This document shows, piece after piece, positions 55,467-64,000 of a stretch of DNA of 64,000 nt (positions are counted from its first letter, which is position 1; every line of letters begins with the position of its first letter). The position numbers and the translations under genes are program-made. The notes under the pieces are model-generated. The model had not been told where the DNA came from and ran no database searches. It saw only the letters and a program-made list of their open reading frames with translations. Source of the DNA: a virus (lineage: Duplodnaviria; Caudoviricetes); the IMG/VR virus record IMGVR_UViG_3300029305_006500; one strand, 5' to 3'.

Positions 55467-57497
55467 ATGACAAATTCAGTAAATATTTTACAAGAAATTA
55501 GAGAAGATGCTCTTAATATAGGGAATGAAGCTAATTTATCCAGAGCTATTCCTTATATCCGTGATGGTCTTAAACCCTCACAAAGAGCTGTTATTTATGG
55601 GGCTTATGAGCAGGGTTATTCTTCTAAAAAGCCTCATGTAAAAAGCTTAAAACTAGATGGTTTGGTAGTAGGTTCTTGGTGGCCCCACGGTTCTGAATAT
55701 CTTACTATAGCTCGTCTTACGCAACCTTTTGTAATGAATATTCCACTATTAGATATGCATGGAGCTAACGGCTCTCAGCTTGGTACGCCTGATGCCGCAT
55801 CAAGTAGATATACAGAGGTTAGGCTTGCAAAAGCTTGTGAAGATGGTTTGCTAAAAAATCTTGAAAAGGAAACTTGTGAATGGATTCCTAATTATTCAGA
55901 AGATAAAGTATGGCCAAAGGTTTTCCCAGCTCTTTTGCCCAACTTATTTGTAAATGGCTCTGATGGTATGGGATATTGTTATTCCCAAACTTGGTTACCT
56001 GGAAATCTAAAAGAATTTTATGAAAAAGTAAAAGAATATTTAGATACAGGTAAAATTACTTATGATAATATTTATCCAGATTTTCCTACTAGAGGAATTA
56101 TTGTAAATAAAAAAGATATTGCTAAGATTTATGAAACCGGATCTGGAACGGTTATTCTCAGAGGAAAAGCTGAAATAGAAGGTAATATTATTAAAATTAC
56201 GGAATTACCTTATCAAGTATATGTAACTCCTTATTTAGAGCAACTTAAAACACTTGTGACACCTAATGCAAAGGGTGATATAAGAATTCCGGGTATCGCT
56301 GACATCTATAATATGTCAGGAGAGAGTGGAATGCTTATTGAAATTGAGTGTGAAGCTGATCCAAAAATAATTCTAAATAAGCTTTATCAATATTCTAATT
56401 TACAAATTTCCTTATCTGCAAACCAATATGGTATTATAGACAGCATTCCAGAATTAATTAATTTACAGCATTATATTGAAGTATATTTAAGCCATAATCT
56501 TGATGTCCTCAAACGAGAGTACTCCTACGAGCTTAATAAAGCTACCCAGAGGCTTGAAATTGTTTCAGGGCTCATACGTGCTAACTCAATGCTTGATGCT
56601 GTTATAAGCGAAATACGAGCTTCTAGGAGTGCTTCTGAAGCGATAGTTAATTTAAAAACTAAATTTAGCTTTACAGATCTTCAAGCACAGGCTATTGCTG
56701 ATATGCGCCTTGGTAAGTTAGCTAATATGGAAATTGCTGCTTTAAATAAGGAAGAAAGTGAGCTTAATAAAGCTATAACAGATTATAACAAGATTCTAAG
56801 TTCTGATAAAGCTCAAAAGAAAGAATTTTTAAAGCGTTTTGATACTTTTGTTAATAACTATGGTTGGGATCGAAGAACAGAAATTCAAGATATCGATTTA
56901 GCAGCAGAAAAAACCGCAACAGCAGCTAAAACTAAAGTTGTGGAAAATTATACTGTAATTTTAGAAGAAAACGGAAATATAAAGCGTATATTAACTAATC
57001 AATATAAACCTAATAAAAAAGCTAAATATATTGCTGTTGAAATTGCTGAAGATCAAAAACTTTTATTGATCTCAAACAAAGGCTTTATGTATAAATTACC
57101 AGTAAAGCAAATTCCAAAAGCTGGAATAAATTCCATGGGTACTCCAATTAATAGCTTAATAACTTTACAAGCAAAAGAGACCATTCTTTCCATATATAAT
57201 GGATCAGAAAAAGAGGAGTACATATTCTTTATTACGAAGAAGGGTCTTGCTAAGAAAACGCCTTGGGCGGACACTAATAAATTAAGCAAGAATATAGGCG
57301 CCATGGTAATGAAGCTTGCAGAGGATGATGAAATTTTAATTTGTAAATTAATTAATTCAGAAAAATTTTTAGTATTGTATAATGGCAAAGAGAAACAGAT
57401 TTTAAGTGATAAATTTATTGCAAAATCACGTACAGCTGGTGGTGTTGTAGCAATAAAAATTAAATCAGGTAGTTTCATAACACTACCTTTATTGTAA
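55467..57497 (+). CDS. Type IIA topoisomerase subunit A (GyrA/ParC-like, short C-terminal domain)
   Basis: RDGLKPSQR, PHG, AASSRYTE catalytic Tyr, PDFPT. Confidence 0.95.
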   Translation: MTNSVNILQEIREDALNIGNEANLSRAIPYIRDGLKPSQRAVIYGAYEQGYSSKKPHVKSLKLDGLVVGSWWPHGSEYLTIARLTQPFVMNIPLLDMHGANGSQLGTPDAASSRYTEVRLAKACEDGLLKNLEKETCEWIPNYSEDKVWPKVFPALLPNLFVNGSDGMGYCYSQTWLPGNLKEFYEKVKEYLDTGKITYDNIYPDFPTRGIIVNKKDIAKIYETGSGTVILRGKAEIEGNIIKITELPYQVYVTPYLEQLKTLVTPNAKGDIRIPGIADIYNMSGESGMLIEIECEADPKIILNKLYQYSNLQISLSANQYGIIDSIPELINLQHYIEVYLSHNLDVLKREYSYELNKATQRLEIVSGLIRANSMLDAVISEIRASRSASEAIVNLKTKFSFTDLQAQAIADMRLGKLANMEIAALNKEESELNKAITDYNKILSSDKAQKKEFLKRFDTFVNNYGWDRRTEIQDIDLAAEKTATAAKTKVVENYTVILEENGNIKRILTNQYKPNKKAKYIAVEIAEDQKLLLISNKGFMYKLPVKQIPKAGINSMGTPINSLITLQAKETILSIYNGSEKEEYIFFITKKGLAKKTPWADTNKLSKNIGAMVMKLAEDDEILICKLINSEKFLVLYNGKEKQILSDKFIAKSRTAGGVVAIKIKSGSFITLPLL

Positions 57498-57680
57498 AAT
57501 TTACAAAAAGTTTACAATTATCTCTATATAAAATTTTATTATATAATATTTATATAATTATATATATATATTAAAGCTTTATATTTATATATTTATAACT
57601 TTTATATAAAGCTTTATATAAGCTTTAAAATATAACTTTAATATTGTATTTTATAGTAAATATATTGTTAGGAGAAAATC

Positions 57681-58211
57681 ATGAAAGTTATTTTGATCAG
57701 TGCAAAAGCTCAACATGGCAAAGACACTTCAGCTTTAATTTTAAAAGAGTTTTATGAGGCTGAAAATAAAAAAGTATTAATAGCACATTATGCAGATTTG
57801 CTTAAATATATTTGTAGAACATTCTTTAATTGGAATGGTGAAAAAGATGACTATGGTAGAACTCTTCTTCAACAAGTAGGTACTAATATAGTCGGTGCGA
57901 AACAACCTGATTTTTGGGTAGACTTTATTATTAGTGTTCTTAATCTTTTTGAGGGATCTTGGGATATAGTAATTATTCCAGACTGTCGATTTGTAAATGA
58001 AGTAGAAAAGATGAAAAATCATTTTGATACTACTTTAATTAGAGTTGTTAGACCGGACTTTGATAACGGACTTAGTGATGAGCAAAAGCAGCATCCCTCT
58101 GAGACAGCTTTAGATAATTATGCTTTTGATTATATTGTTCAAAACACTGGAACGCTAGAAGAGTTAAAAACTGCATTAAGTAGAATACATTGGAGAATTA
58201 AACATGAGTAA
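57681..58211 (+). CDS. Deoxynucleoside monophosphate kinase-like P-loop protein
   Basis: SAKAQHGKDT, RTLLQQVGT, IPDCRFVNE, HPSETALD. Confidence 0.8.
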   Translation: MKVILISAKAQHGKDTSALILKEFYEAENKKVLIAHYADLLKYICRTFFNWNGEKDDYGRTLLQQVGTNIVGAKQPDFWVDFIISVLNLFEGSWDIVIIPDCRFVNEVEKMKNHFDTTLIRVVRPDFDNGLSDEQKQHPSETALDNYAFDYIVQNTGTLEELKTALSRIHWRIKHE

Positions 58212-58707
58212 AGCTTATACGAATTATATTGTTGAACATTGTGATTATGTTGCAAGAGTCTATTATTTTCTAGTAGAACATAAAATTATAAAAGATGAGT
58301 TTATTCATCGAATTAAAAATCATGATTTAAGTAAATGGTCTGATGAAGAATATAAGGCTTATGATAAATATTTTTACGGTAAAAATCCAGATGAAGTAAA
58401 AGACCAATTTAATAGTGCTTGGCTTCATCATATTCATCATAATCCGCATCATTGGCAACATTGGGTGTTAATTAATGACGACGACGGAACTCACGCTTTA
58501 GAAATGCCAGAAGAATACGTAGTAGAAATGTTTTGCGATCATGCAGCTTTTAGTTTTAAAACTGGAAAGCTTACTGAAATTGATGATTGGTATAAAGCTC
58601 ATAAGACTACTATGATGTTACATAAGAATACTAAAATCCTTTATGAAGATATTCTTAAAAAATATTTGGCAGCAGTAAAAGAGGTTGAGAAAAATGGTGA
58701 AGCTTGA
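58204..58707 (+). CDS. HD-like (DUF5662-type) protein
   Basis: HDLSK...AWLHHIHHNPHHWQHW...EMFCD. Confidence 0.75.
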   Translation: MSKAYTNYIVEHCDYVARVYYFLVEHKIIKDEFIHRIKNHDLSKWSDEEYKAYDKYFYGKNPDEVKDQFNSAWLHHIHHNPHHWQHWVLINDDDGTHALEMPEEYVVEMFCDHAAFSFKTGKLTEIDDWYKAHKTTMMLHKNTKILYEDILKKYLAAVKEVEKNGEA

Positions 58708-59083
58708 TGAAAAAGATTTATATCAGCTTTTAATTGCCGAAATGCGTTATGCAATAAAGCGAGATAATCATCTTGCTCCCAGTTCAAGTATTCAACATAT
58801 AAAAGAGTATCTTCCAGAAATGTCTAAACAATGGCGTGCACATACTACAAAACAACTTACTGAAGAGATTATTTGTGAAAGAAGCTTTATGGAGCCGCGA
58901 CTTAAACAAGATGAAGAGTGGGATGAGCTTTTGGTTTTCTTACTTAATTATCTGGAAGAGCTGCCTTATAATTTAGAATTATATAATAAGCTAAGACTTA
59001 CACGTCCTGAGGCAGTATTTAAAGTTGATTTTTATTCTGATGAAGTACAAGCGAAAATTACAGCAAATCGACTAAAAGATTAA
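58685..59083 (+). CDS. Hypothetical protein
   Basis: ORF overlapping the previous gene within the operon. Confidence 0.65.
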   Translation: MRKMVKLDEKDLYQLLIAEMRYAIKRDNHLAPSSSIQHIKEYLPEMSKQWRAHTTKQLTEEIICERSFMEPRLKQDEEWDELLVFLLNYLEELPYNLELYNKLRLTRPEAVFKVDFYSDEVQAKITANRLKD

Positions 59084-59159
59084 TTATAAAAGACGATCAT
59101 AAAATATGGTCGTCTTTTATTGTATGATATAGTGTAGAATTTTATTAAGGAGAATTAAT

Positions 59160-60005
59160 ATGTCGATTGCAGATATTTATTTTAAGAATGAAGTTAATGA
59201 GCTTCTCACCCACGGCTTTAATGATAAGAATTATCCTGTAAGACCTAAGTGGCCTGATGGTACTCCTGCTCATACTATTAAAACTTTCTGTGCTGTAAGA
59301 CGCTATGATCTTTCTAAAGAATTTCCTATTCTTACTCTTAGAACTCAAGCTTTTAAAGGAGTAGTAAGAGAGCTACTTTGGATGTGGCAGAAAAAGTCTA
59401 ATGTCGTAGATGAGCTTGGAAAGTCTGCGGTTATTTGGAGAGCGTGGGAAGGTGACGATGGAACCATCGGTAAGACTTATGGCTATCAGCTTGGTAAGAT
59501 TTCTGATTATGGTTATGGTAAGTTTGACCAGGTAGATAATCTTATTTATCTTCTGAAGAACAAGCCCATGGATCGTAGAATGATCACTACTATGTGGTGT
59601 CCTCAGGATCTTCATGAAATGAACCTTCCACCTTGTGTTTATGAAACTCTTTGGGATGTAACAGACGGAAAGCTTAATTGCACCGTAATGCAGAGATCTG
59701 GCGACCTTCTTGCTGCAGCTTCTTCTGGTGGTTGGGATACAATTCAGTACGCTTTGCTTGTATATATGCTTGCTCAAGTTTGTGGCTATCAGCCTGGAGA
59801 GCTTGTACATATTGTAAATAATCTCCATATTTATGACCGTCACGTAGAGCTTGTCAAAGAAGTTATTCAGAATCCTGAATACCCTGGCCCACAGCTTAAG
59901 CTTAATCCTGAGGTGAAAGATTTTTATGATTTCACTGAAGATGATTTTGAGCTTGTTGGTTATGAATCTACAAAACTTGCAACTCGTTTTGAGGTGGCTG
60001 AGTGA
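59160..60005 (+). CDS. thyA: Thymidylate synthase family protein (Asp at the specificity position)
   Basis: IGKTYG, DRRMI, LPPC, QRSGD, HIYDRH. Confidence 0.9.
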   Translation: MSIADIYFKNEVNELLTHGFNDKNYPVRPKWPDGTPAHTIKTFCAVRRYDLSKEFPILTLRTQAFKGVVRELLWMWQKKSNVVDELGKSAVIWRAWEGDDGTIGKTYGYQLGKISDYGYGKFDQVDNLIYLLKNKPMDRRMITTMWCPQDLHEMNLPPCVYETLWDVTDGKLNCTVMQRSGDLLAAASSGGWDTIQYALLVYMLAQVCGYQPGELVHIVNNLHIYDRHVELVKEVIQNPEYPGPQLKLNPEVKDFYDFTEDDFELVGYESTKLATRFEVAE

Positions 60006-60268
60006 AAACCATAATTGAGCTACCTTGTTCTGTAGGCGATATAATTTGGGCAAGGTCTTGGTACTATGGAGAAGCTGGTAATTGGAAGCCTTGGCAGGTT
60101 ACTAATTTAACAGTTACTCAAAATAAAAAAGGTATTTGGACTAAAAAGTTTCGTGCTTTTAGAATAGAAAATAAAAAAACCTTAGCAATCTCTATAGAAT
60201 TTGGTATAGATGATGTTGGACAGTTAGTATTTTTGGAGGAACCTAATGACATACTCGCCAATGAATAA
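60002..60268 (+). CDS. Hypothetical protein
   Basis: LPCSVGD phage-type motif; coupled to thyA. Confidence 0.65.
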   Translation: MKTIIELPCSVGDIIWARSWYYGEAGNWKPWQVTNLTVTQNKKGIWTKKFRAFRIENKKTLAISIEFGIDDVGQLVFLEEPNDILANE

Positions 60269-60554
60269 ATTAACAGCTAATGTTGTTACTCTTGCGGAGA
60301 CTAACGAGATTTTAGCTGCTGCTGAAAGTGTTAAGCTCTGGCAGATGGAAATCGAGCGTGCAGAAGAAGCTAAGAAGAAAGCAAATGAATATTTAGATAA
60401 GGTACTTGCTGAGTCTTTGAAGCGAGCACATTTAAAATATGTAGAGGGTAAACTTTTTGCTTTGCCCCATTATCATAAACTATTTTGTTATCTACATGAA
60501 GATTTTATTCCTATTCCAGTATCAGAGGAGTATATAAATGAAGGAATTCTTTAA
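60246..60554 (+). CDS. Hypothetical protein
   Basis: ORF within the operon; GGAGG RBS. Confidence 0.6.
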   Translation: MTYSPMNKLTANVVTLAETNEILAAAESVKLWQMEIERAEEAKKKANEYLDKVLAESLKRAHLKYVEGKLFALPHYHKLFCYLHEDFIPIPVSEEYINEGIL

Positions 60555-61086
60555 GCATCTTAAAATTATTAGAACTCATAGAAAATATGTTCGTAAAGCA
60601 TGTTTTAAAATGGGACTCTTTTGGCAGGGGCTTATTCATGATCTTAGCAAGTATTCTATTACTGAAATGAAGATTTGTAAGTATTATACTGGCAGAAAGA
60701 GCCCTCATCAAGCGGCACGTGAACAGCTTGGTTACTCACCTTCTTGGATTCACCACTATCATACTAACAAGCATCATTTTCAATATTGGTGGGATGAAGA
60801 TGAAGAAGGTAAGATTATTCCTATGAAGATGCCATATAAATATATTATTGAAAGCTTAGCAGATATGATAGGGGCTTCTAAGGCTTATAATCCTAATAGA
60901 TGGGCACCTGAAATGCTTTTAGATTATTGGGAAAATAAATGTAAGGGTAAGAGAATTCAGCATCCTGCTTCTGAAGAGTTTCTCGACAAGATGATTATGA
61001 ATTTAGTTACTTGTGGTGAAGAAGCATTTTTTGAATGGTATAAAAATAATACAGACTTTTTAAAGAAAGCCTATGAGGAGATGTAA
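60538..61086 (+). CDS. HD-like (DUF5662-type) protein
   Basis: HDLSKYS...SWIHHYHTNKHHFQYW...ESLADMIGA. Confidence 0.8.
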   Translation: MKEFFKHLKIIRTHRKYVRKACFKMGLFWQGLIHDLSKYSITEMKICKYYTGRKSPHQAAREQLGYSPSWIHHYHTNKHHFQYWWDEDEEGKIIPMKMPYKYIIESLADMIGASKAYNPNRWAPEMLLDYWENKCKGKRIQHPASEEFLDKMIMNLVTCGEEAFFEWYKNNTDFLKKAYEEM

Positions 61087-61349
61087 TGGATTCAGAAAAG
61101 ATTACAACAAGATTAGATATAGACCCTACAGAAGTAAAAACTCTTGAAATAGGGCCAATGAAAGCAATGCAAGAGTGTCTACTTTGTGATAATGTACGAG
61201 AGGTTCCTTATGGTTATGGTAATTACTATCCTTGGGTTTGTGAGGAGTGTAAAGAAGCTATTGCTTTTGTAAAAGAATTTAGGGCAAGTATTAAAGAAGT
61301 CCCTACAGACAAAACTAAAGAAATTAAAGCAAGTATAGCTTTACTTTAA
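61086..61349 (+). CDS. Small zinc-finger-like protein
   Basis: CLLC...CEEC. Confidence 0.6.
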   Translation: MDSEKITTRLDIDPTEVKTLEIGPMKAMQECLLCDNVREVPYGYGNYYPWVCEECKEAIAFVKEFRASIKEVPTDKTKEIKASIALL

Positions 61350-61364
61350 GATAGAGGTTTTAAA

Positions 61365-61763
61365 ATGTTTTATTGTCCTGGAGAATTTTGTTCTAAGAAA
61401 AATGAGTGTTTACATCACCAGCTAAAAAATTCAACTAGAAGTTTACAGCTACTTGATATGTCTACCGAAGGATATGGCTGTGGAGGAATAGATGAAAAAG
61501 GAAACTATTTTAGTCATCATGAGTATTGTTGCGGAGATAGAGCCCCTAAGTATAGCTCATTGTGGCGATGTGAGACTTGGCAAGATAAGTGTGACTTTGA
61601 AAATGCTTTTAATCCTGCTCATGCAGAAGGCATTCCCTGTCCGCCTGGATCATTAATTCTTATTGAGAATGACAAAGGTGAAGTGGAAATCGTGCCATTT
61701 CACCCCAAAACCTTGAAACTTACCACTAAGGTACTAAGCTGGCACCCACGATTTGAAGACTAA
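61365..61763 (+). CDS. Cys-rich hypothetical protein
   Basis: GAGGT RBS; several Cys clusters. Confidence 0.6.
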   Translation: MFYCPGEFCSKKNECLHHQLKNSTRSLQLLDMSTEGYGCGGIDEKGNYFSHHEYCCGDRAPKYSSLWRCETWQDKCDFENAFNPAHAEGIPCPPGSLILIENDKGEVEIVPFHPKTLKLTTKVLSWHPRFED

Positions 61764-61841
61764 AACTAAAAAGCAGGTTTAAAAAGAACCTGCTTTTATA
61801 ATTGCTAAATTATCTAAGATTAAACTATTTTTGGAGTAAAA

Positions 61842-62918
61842 ATGAAGTATATTTTAAATGAAAGATTTATACTCAATGAAAACTTTGACTTGAATGATTT
61901 ACCTGATGAATCCGGAATATATTGTATAATTTTTAATGCTTTAGATGCTGACGGAAATCCTTGTGAGAAAAAATATGTAGGGCAAGCAGTTAATATTAGG
62001 AGACGACTATCCGATCATAAAAAAGCTGCTCGTGTTGACGGTCGTGATTACTTAGTTTATAATGCTATGCGTAAATATCCTGATTTTAGAGTTATAGTTT
62101 TAACTTTGTGTCCAAAGCAAGACTTAGACCAGCAAGAAATACGATGGATAAGAACGTTACATACTTATGTAAATGACAAAGTTAAAACAGGTAAAACTGT
62201 TGCTGTACCTGAAGATAATCCAAGTGAAAGTTTATCATGTGATGGCCCAGGCTATAATTTAACTACCGGAGGCAAGGGGGCACCATATTATTATACCGAT
62301 GATATTATTGCTGAGATAGTAGACTTATATAAACAGAATAATTATGATCATGTTCAAACCTTACATGATTTTAAAACTGCCCATGAGGCAGATATTCATT
62401 TAAACAAACTAGCTAGTGATACTTTACGCCTTATTATTGAATCTAATAAGTTACCTTGGCATAATCAGACAAAAAAAGTTACAGTAGTTTGTTCAAATAC
62501 GATACAAGTAGTTGAAACAAAAGAGAAAAATGCTGCATCTACCTCTGGATATCGTATAAGAAGAAAATTTAAGATTATTCCGAATACCCAAGATAAATAT
62601 CTTAAGATATGTGAGTCACAAGCGCAAGCAGATGCTTTAGTAGATTTTATTTTTAATCGTATTATGGCTGATTTAGGTGAGGAATTACTTGCTATTCAGG
62701 ATAATAAAGTAGCTAATGCAAAACGGATCCAATATTTAATAGACAATAATTATTATGAAAAATATTTAGATCTAACTCAATATGACTTAGCTAAGCTACC
62801 TAAAACATCTAAGTCGCTAGGTAAGGGTGTTAAGAATCAAACTGGGCGAAAAGTTACTACTGGCCGCTTAAGTTTATTTACTATATACTATAGTATATCA
62901 CCAAAGAGTATTAAATAG
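61842..62918 (+). CDS. GIY-YIG endonuclease with N-terminal ILNE repeats
   Basis: SGIYCI...YVGQAVNIRRRLSDH...GYNLTTGG. Confidence 0.8.
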   Translation: MKYILNERFILNENFDLNDLPDESGIYCIIFNALDADGNPCEKKYVGQAVNIRRRLSDHKKAARVDGRDYLVYNAMRKYPDFRVIVLTLCPKQDLDQQEIRWIRTLHTYVNDKVKTGKTVAVPEDNPSESLSCDGPGYNLTTGGKGAPYYYTDDIIAEIVDLYKQNNYDHVQTLHDFKTAHEADIHLNKLASDTLRLIIESNKLPWHNQTKKVTVVCSNTIQVVETKEKNAASTSGYRIRRKFKIIPNTQDKYLKICESQAQADALVDFIFNRIMADLGEELLAIQDNKVANAKRIQYLIDNNYYEKYLDLTQYDLAKLPKTSKSLGKGVKNQTGRKVTTGRLSLFTIYYSISPKSIK

Positions 62919-62999
62919 TTTGAATATAAATGAGAGTATGCTGTAGAAAACAGCATACTCTCATTGTATAATATTATAGAATATACTTTGGAGGAAACC

Positions 63000-63461
63000 A
63001 TGAAAAGACCTTCTTTAGATGAATATTATATAGAAATTGCCAAAGCAGTTTCTTTAAGATCTACTTGTTTACGTAAGCATTATGGAGCTGTGATAGTTAA
63101 AGATGGAGAAATTTTAAGTACTGGATACAATAATCCACCAAGAGGTGAAGCTCATTGTGCTGTTTGTACTAAATGTGATAGTGGTAAGGATATGGCTACT
63201 TTTGCTACCTGTCCTGCTGTCCATGCTGAAATGAATGCTTTACTCAGTGCTTCCCGCAGAGATACTATTGGAGCTGATTTATATCTTGCAGGCTATGATG
63301 TTAAGTCTGGAGTGCCAATCGAGTGTGAGGCTTGGCCTTGTGAGATTTGTTTACGTTTAATTAAAAATGCGGGTATTAATCGTATAATAAATAAGAAGGG
63401 TGTTATTTATATGCGGTCATCATATGATGGAATATTGGTGCAGCTTATTGAAAGGGAGTAA
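63000..63461 (+). CDS. dCMP deaminase
   Basis: RSTCLR...GYN...VHAEMNA...PCEIC; GGAGG RBS before ATG 63000. Confidence 0.9.
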   Translation: MKRPSLDEYYIEIAKAVSLRSTCLRKHYGAVIVKDGEILSTGYNNPPRGEAHCAVCTKCDSGKDMATFATCPAVHAEMNALLSASRRDTIGADLYLAGYDVKSGVPIECEAWPCEICLRLIKNAGINRIINKKGVIYMRSSYDGILVQLIERE

Positions 63462-63463
63462 GT

Positions 63464-63760
63464 ATGGAATTAGAAATTAAAACCGTTCCTGTAGAAGTTA
63501 AAGGTTTCAAACCTGGTGAAGTTACTAAGCTGACATACGACACAAAAACTGTGACAGCGGTATTAAAAGAAGCGCCTAATAAATCTGAGGCCCTTGATTG
63601 GCTTCTGAGTAAACCTATAGCAGACATTGCAGTTGTTTGTGCTATTTGTGCTGAAGAAACACCTATGACTTCTAACGACTGCCGAGCTTATGGAGTATTT
63701 ATTTGTGATAAATGTAAGGCAGCAATAATGCACATTAGAAACACTCTTGAAAATACATAA
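63464..63760 (+). CDS. Small zinc-finger-like protein
   Basis: CAIC...CDKC; similar layout to 61086..61349. Confidence 0.6.
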   Translation: MELEIKTVPVEVKGFKPGEVTKLTYDTKTVTAVLKEAPNKSEALDWLLSKPIADIAVVCAICAEETPMTSNDCRAYGVFICDKCKAAIMHIRNTLENT

Positions 63761-63812
63761 AAACTTCTTAATTTTTACGTATTTTATTTGCTAAATTAAA
63801 TGAGGTGATTGA

Positions 63813-64000
63813 ATGAAATCTTATTTAATTTATAAACATACAAATAAAATTAATGGTAAATGTTACATTGGGCAAACTTGTTATACTAACCCTACTCATA
63901 GATGGCACTCTGATGGGAGTGGCTATAAGTCTCAACAAAAATTTTACAGAGCTATTCTTAAGTATGGCTGGGAGAATTTTGAGCATCAAGTTTTAATAGA
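63813..64000 (+). CDS. GIY-YIG endonuclease, N-terminal part (runs off the window)
   Basis: MKSYLIYKHTNKINGKCYIGQT...AILKYGWENFEH; GAGGT RBS. Confidence 0.8.
   Translation, partial: MKSYLIYKHTNKINGKCYIGQTCYTNPTHRWHSDGSGYKSQQKFYRAILKYGWENFEHQVLI

Noticed and set aside
20050-63627. Minus-strand and alternate-frame ORFs inside large genes
   Set aside because: Shadow ORFs of well-supported + strand genes
17051-63760. Genome-wide stop-codon reassignment (TAG or TGA), suggested by the in-frame TAG at 12315 and the UCA tRNA
   Set aside because: Very long genes (up to 2990 aa) are open in the standard code, and TGA/TAG stops fall at sensible gene boundaries

Overview
All supported genes lie on the + strand. 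The window looks like part of a large (jumbo-type) tailed phage genome, probably infecting Firmicutes (AAGGAG ribosome-binding sites, TGTATAAT extended -10 boxes, LL-H-type holin). It has three blocks. (1) 0.36-16.9 kb is an RNA-rich island with about 34 tRNA genes covering all 20 amino acids, about 10 remodelled tRNA-like elements and several large structured ncRNAs, interspersed with small ORFs and endonuclease genes. Its highlights are a tRNA-Asn whose anticodon is interrupted by a complete second tRNA-like gene, a tRNA-Leu(UAA) with a group I intron, six covarying copies of a Y-RNA-like stem (two carrying circularly permuted tRNA domains), and a GOLLD-like RNA with an embedded permuted, CCA-ended tRNA. 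(2) 17-53.4 kb is a lysis and virion/tail-fibre block: holin, a 2990-aa LamG/CotH-kinase-like/LRR protein, Mtd_N-type fibres, two YadA-like fibres and a metallophosphoesterase-LamG protein. (3) 53.5-64 kb covers DNA and nucleotide metabolism: type II topoisomerase B and A, dNMP kinase, a thymidylate synthase with Asp at the usual specificity Asn, dCMP deaminase, HD-like proteins and GIY-YIG endonucleases. All calls were made by eye, with no database searches or folding software.
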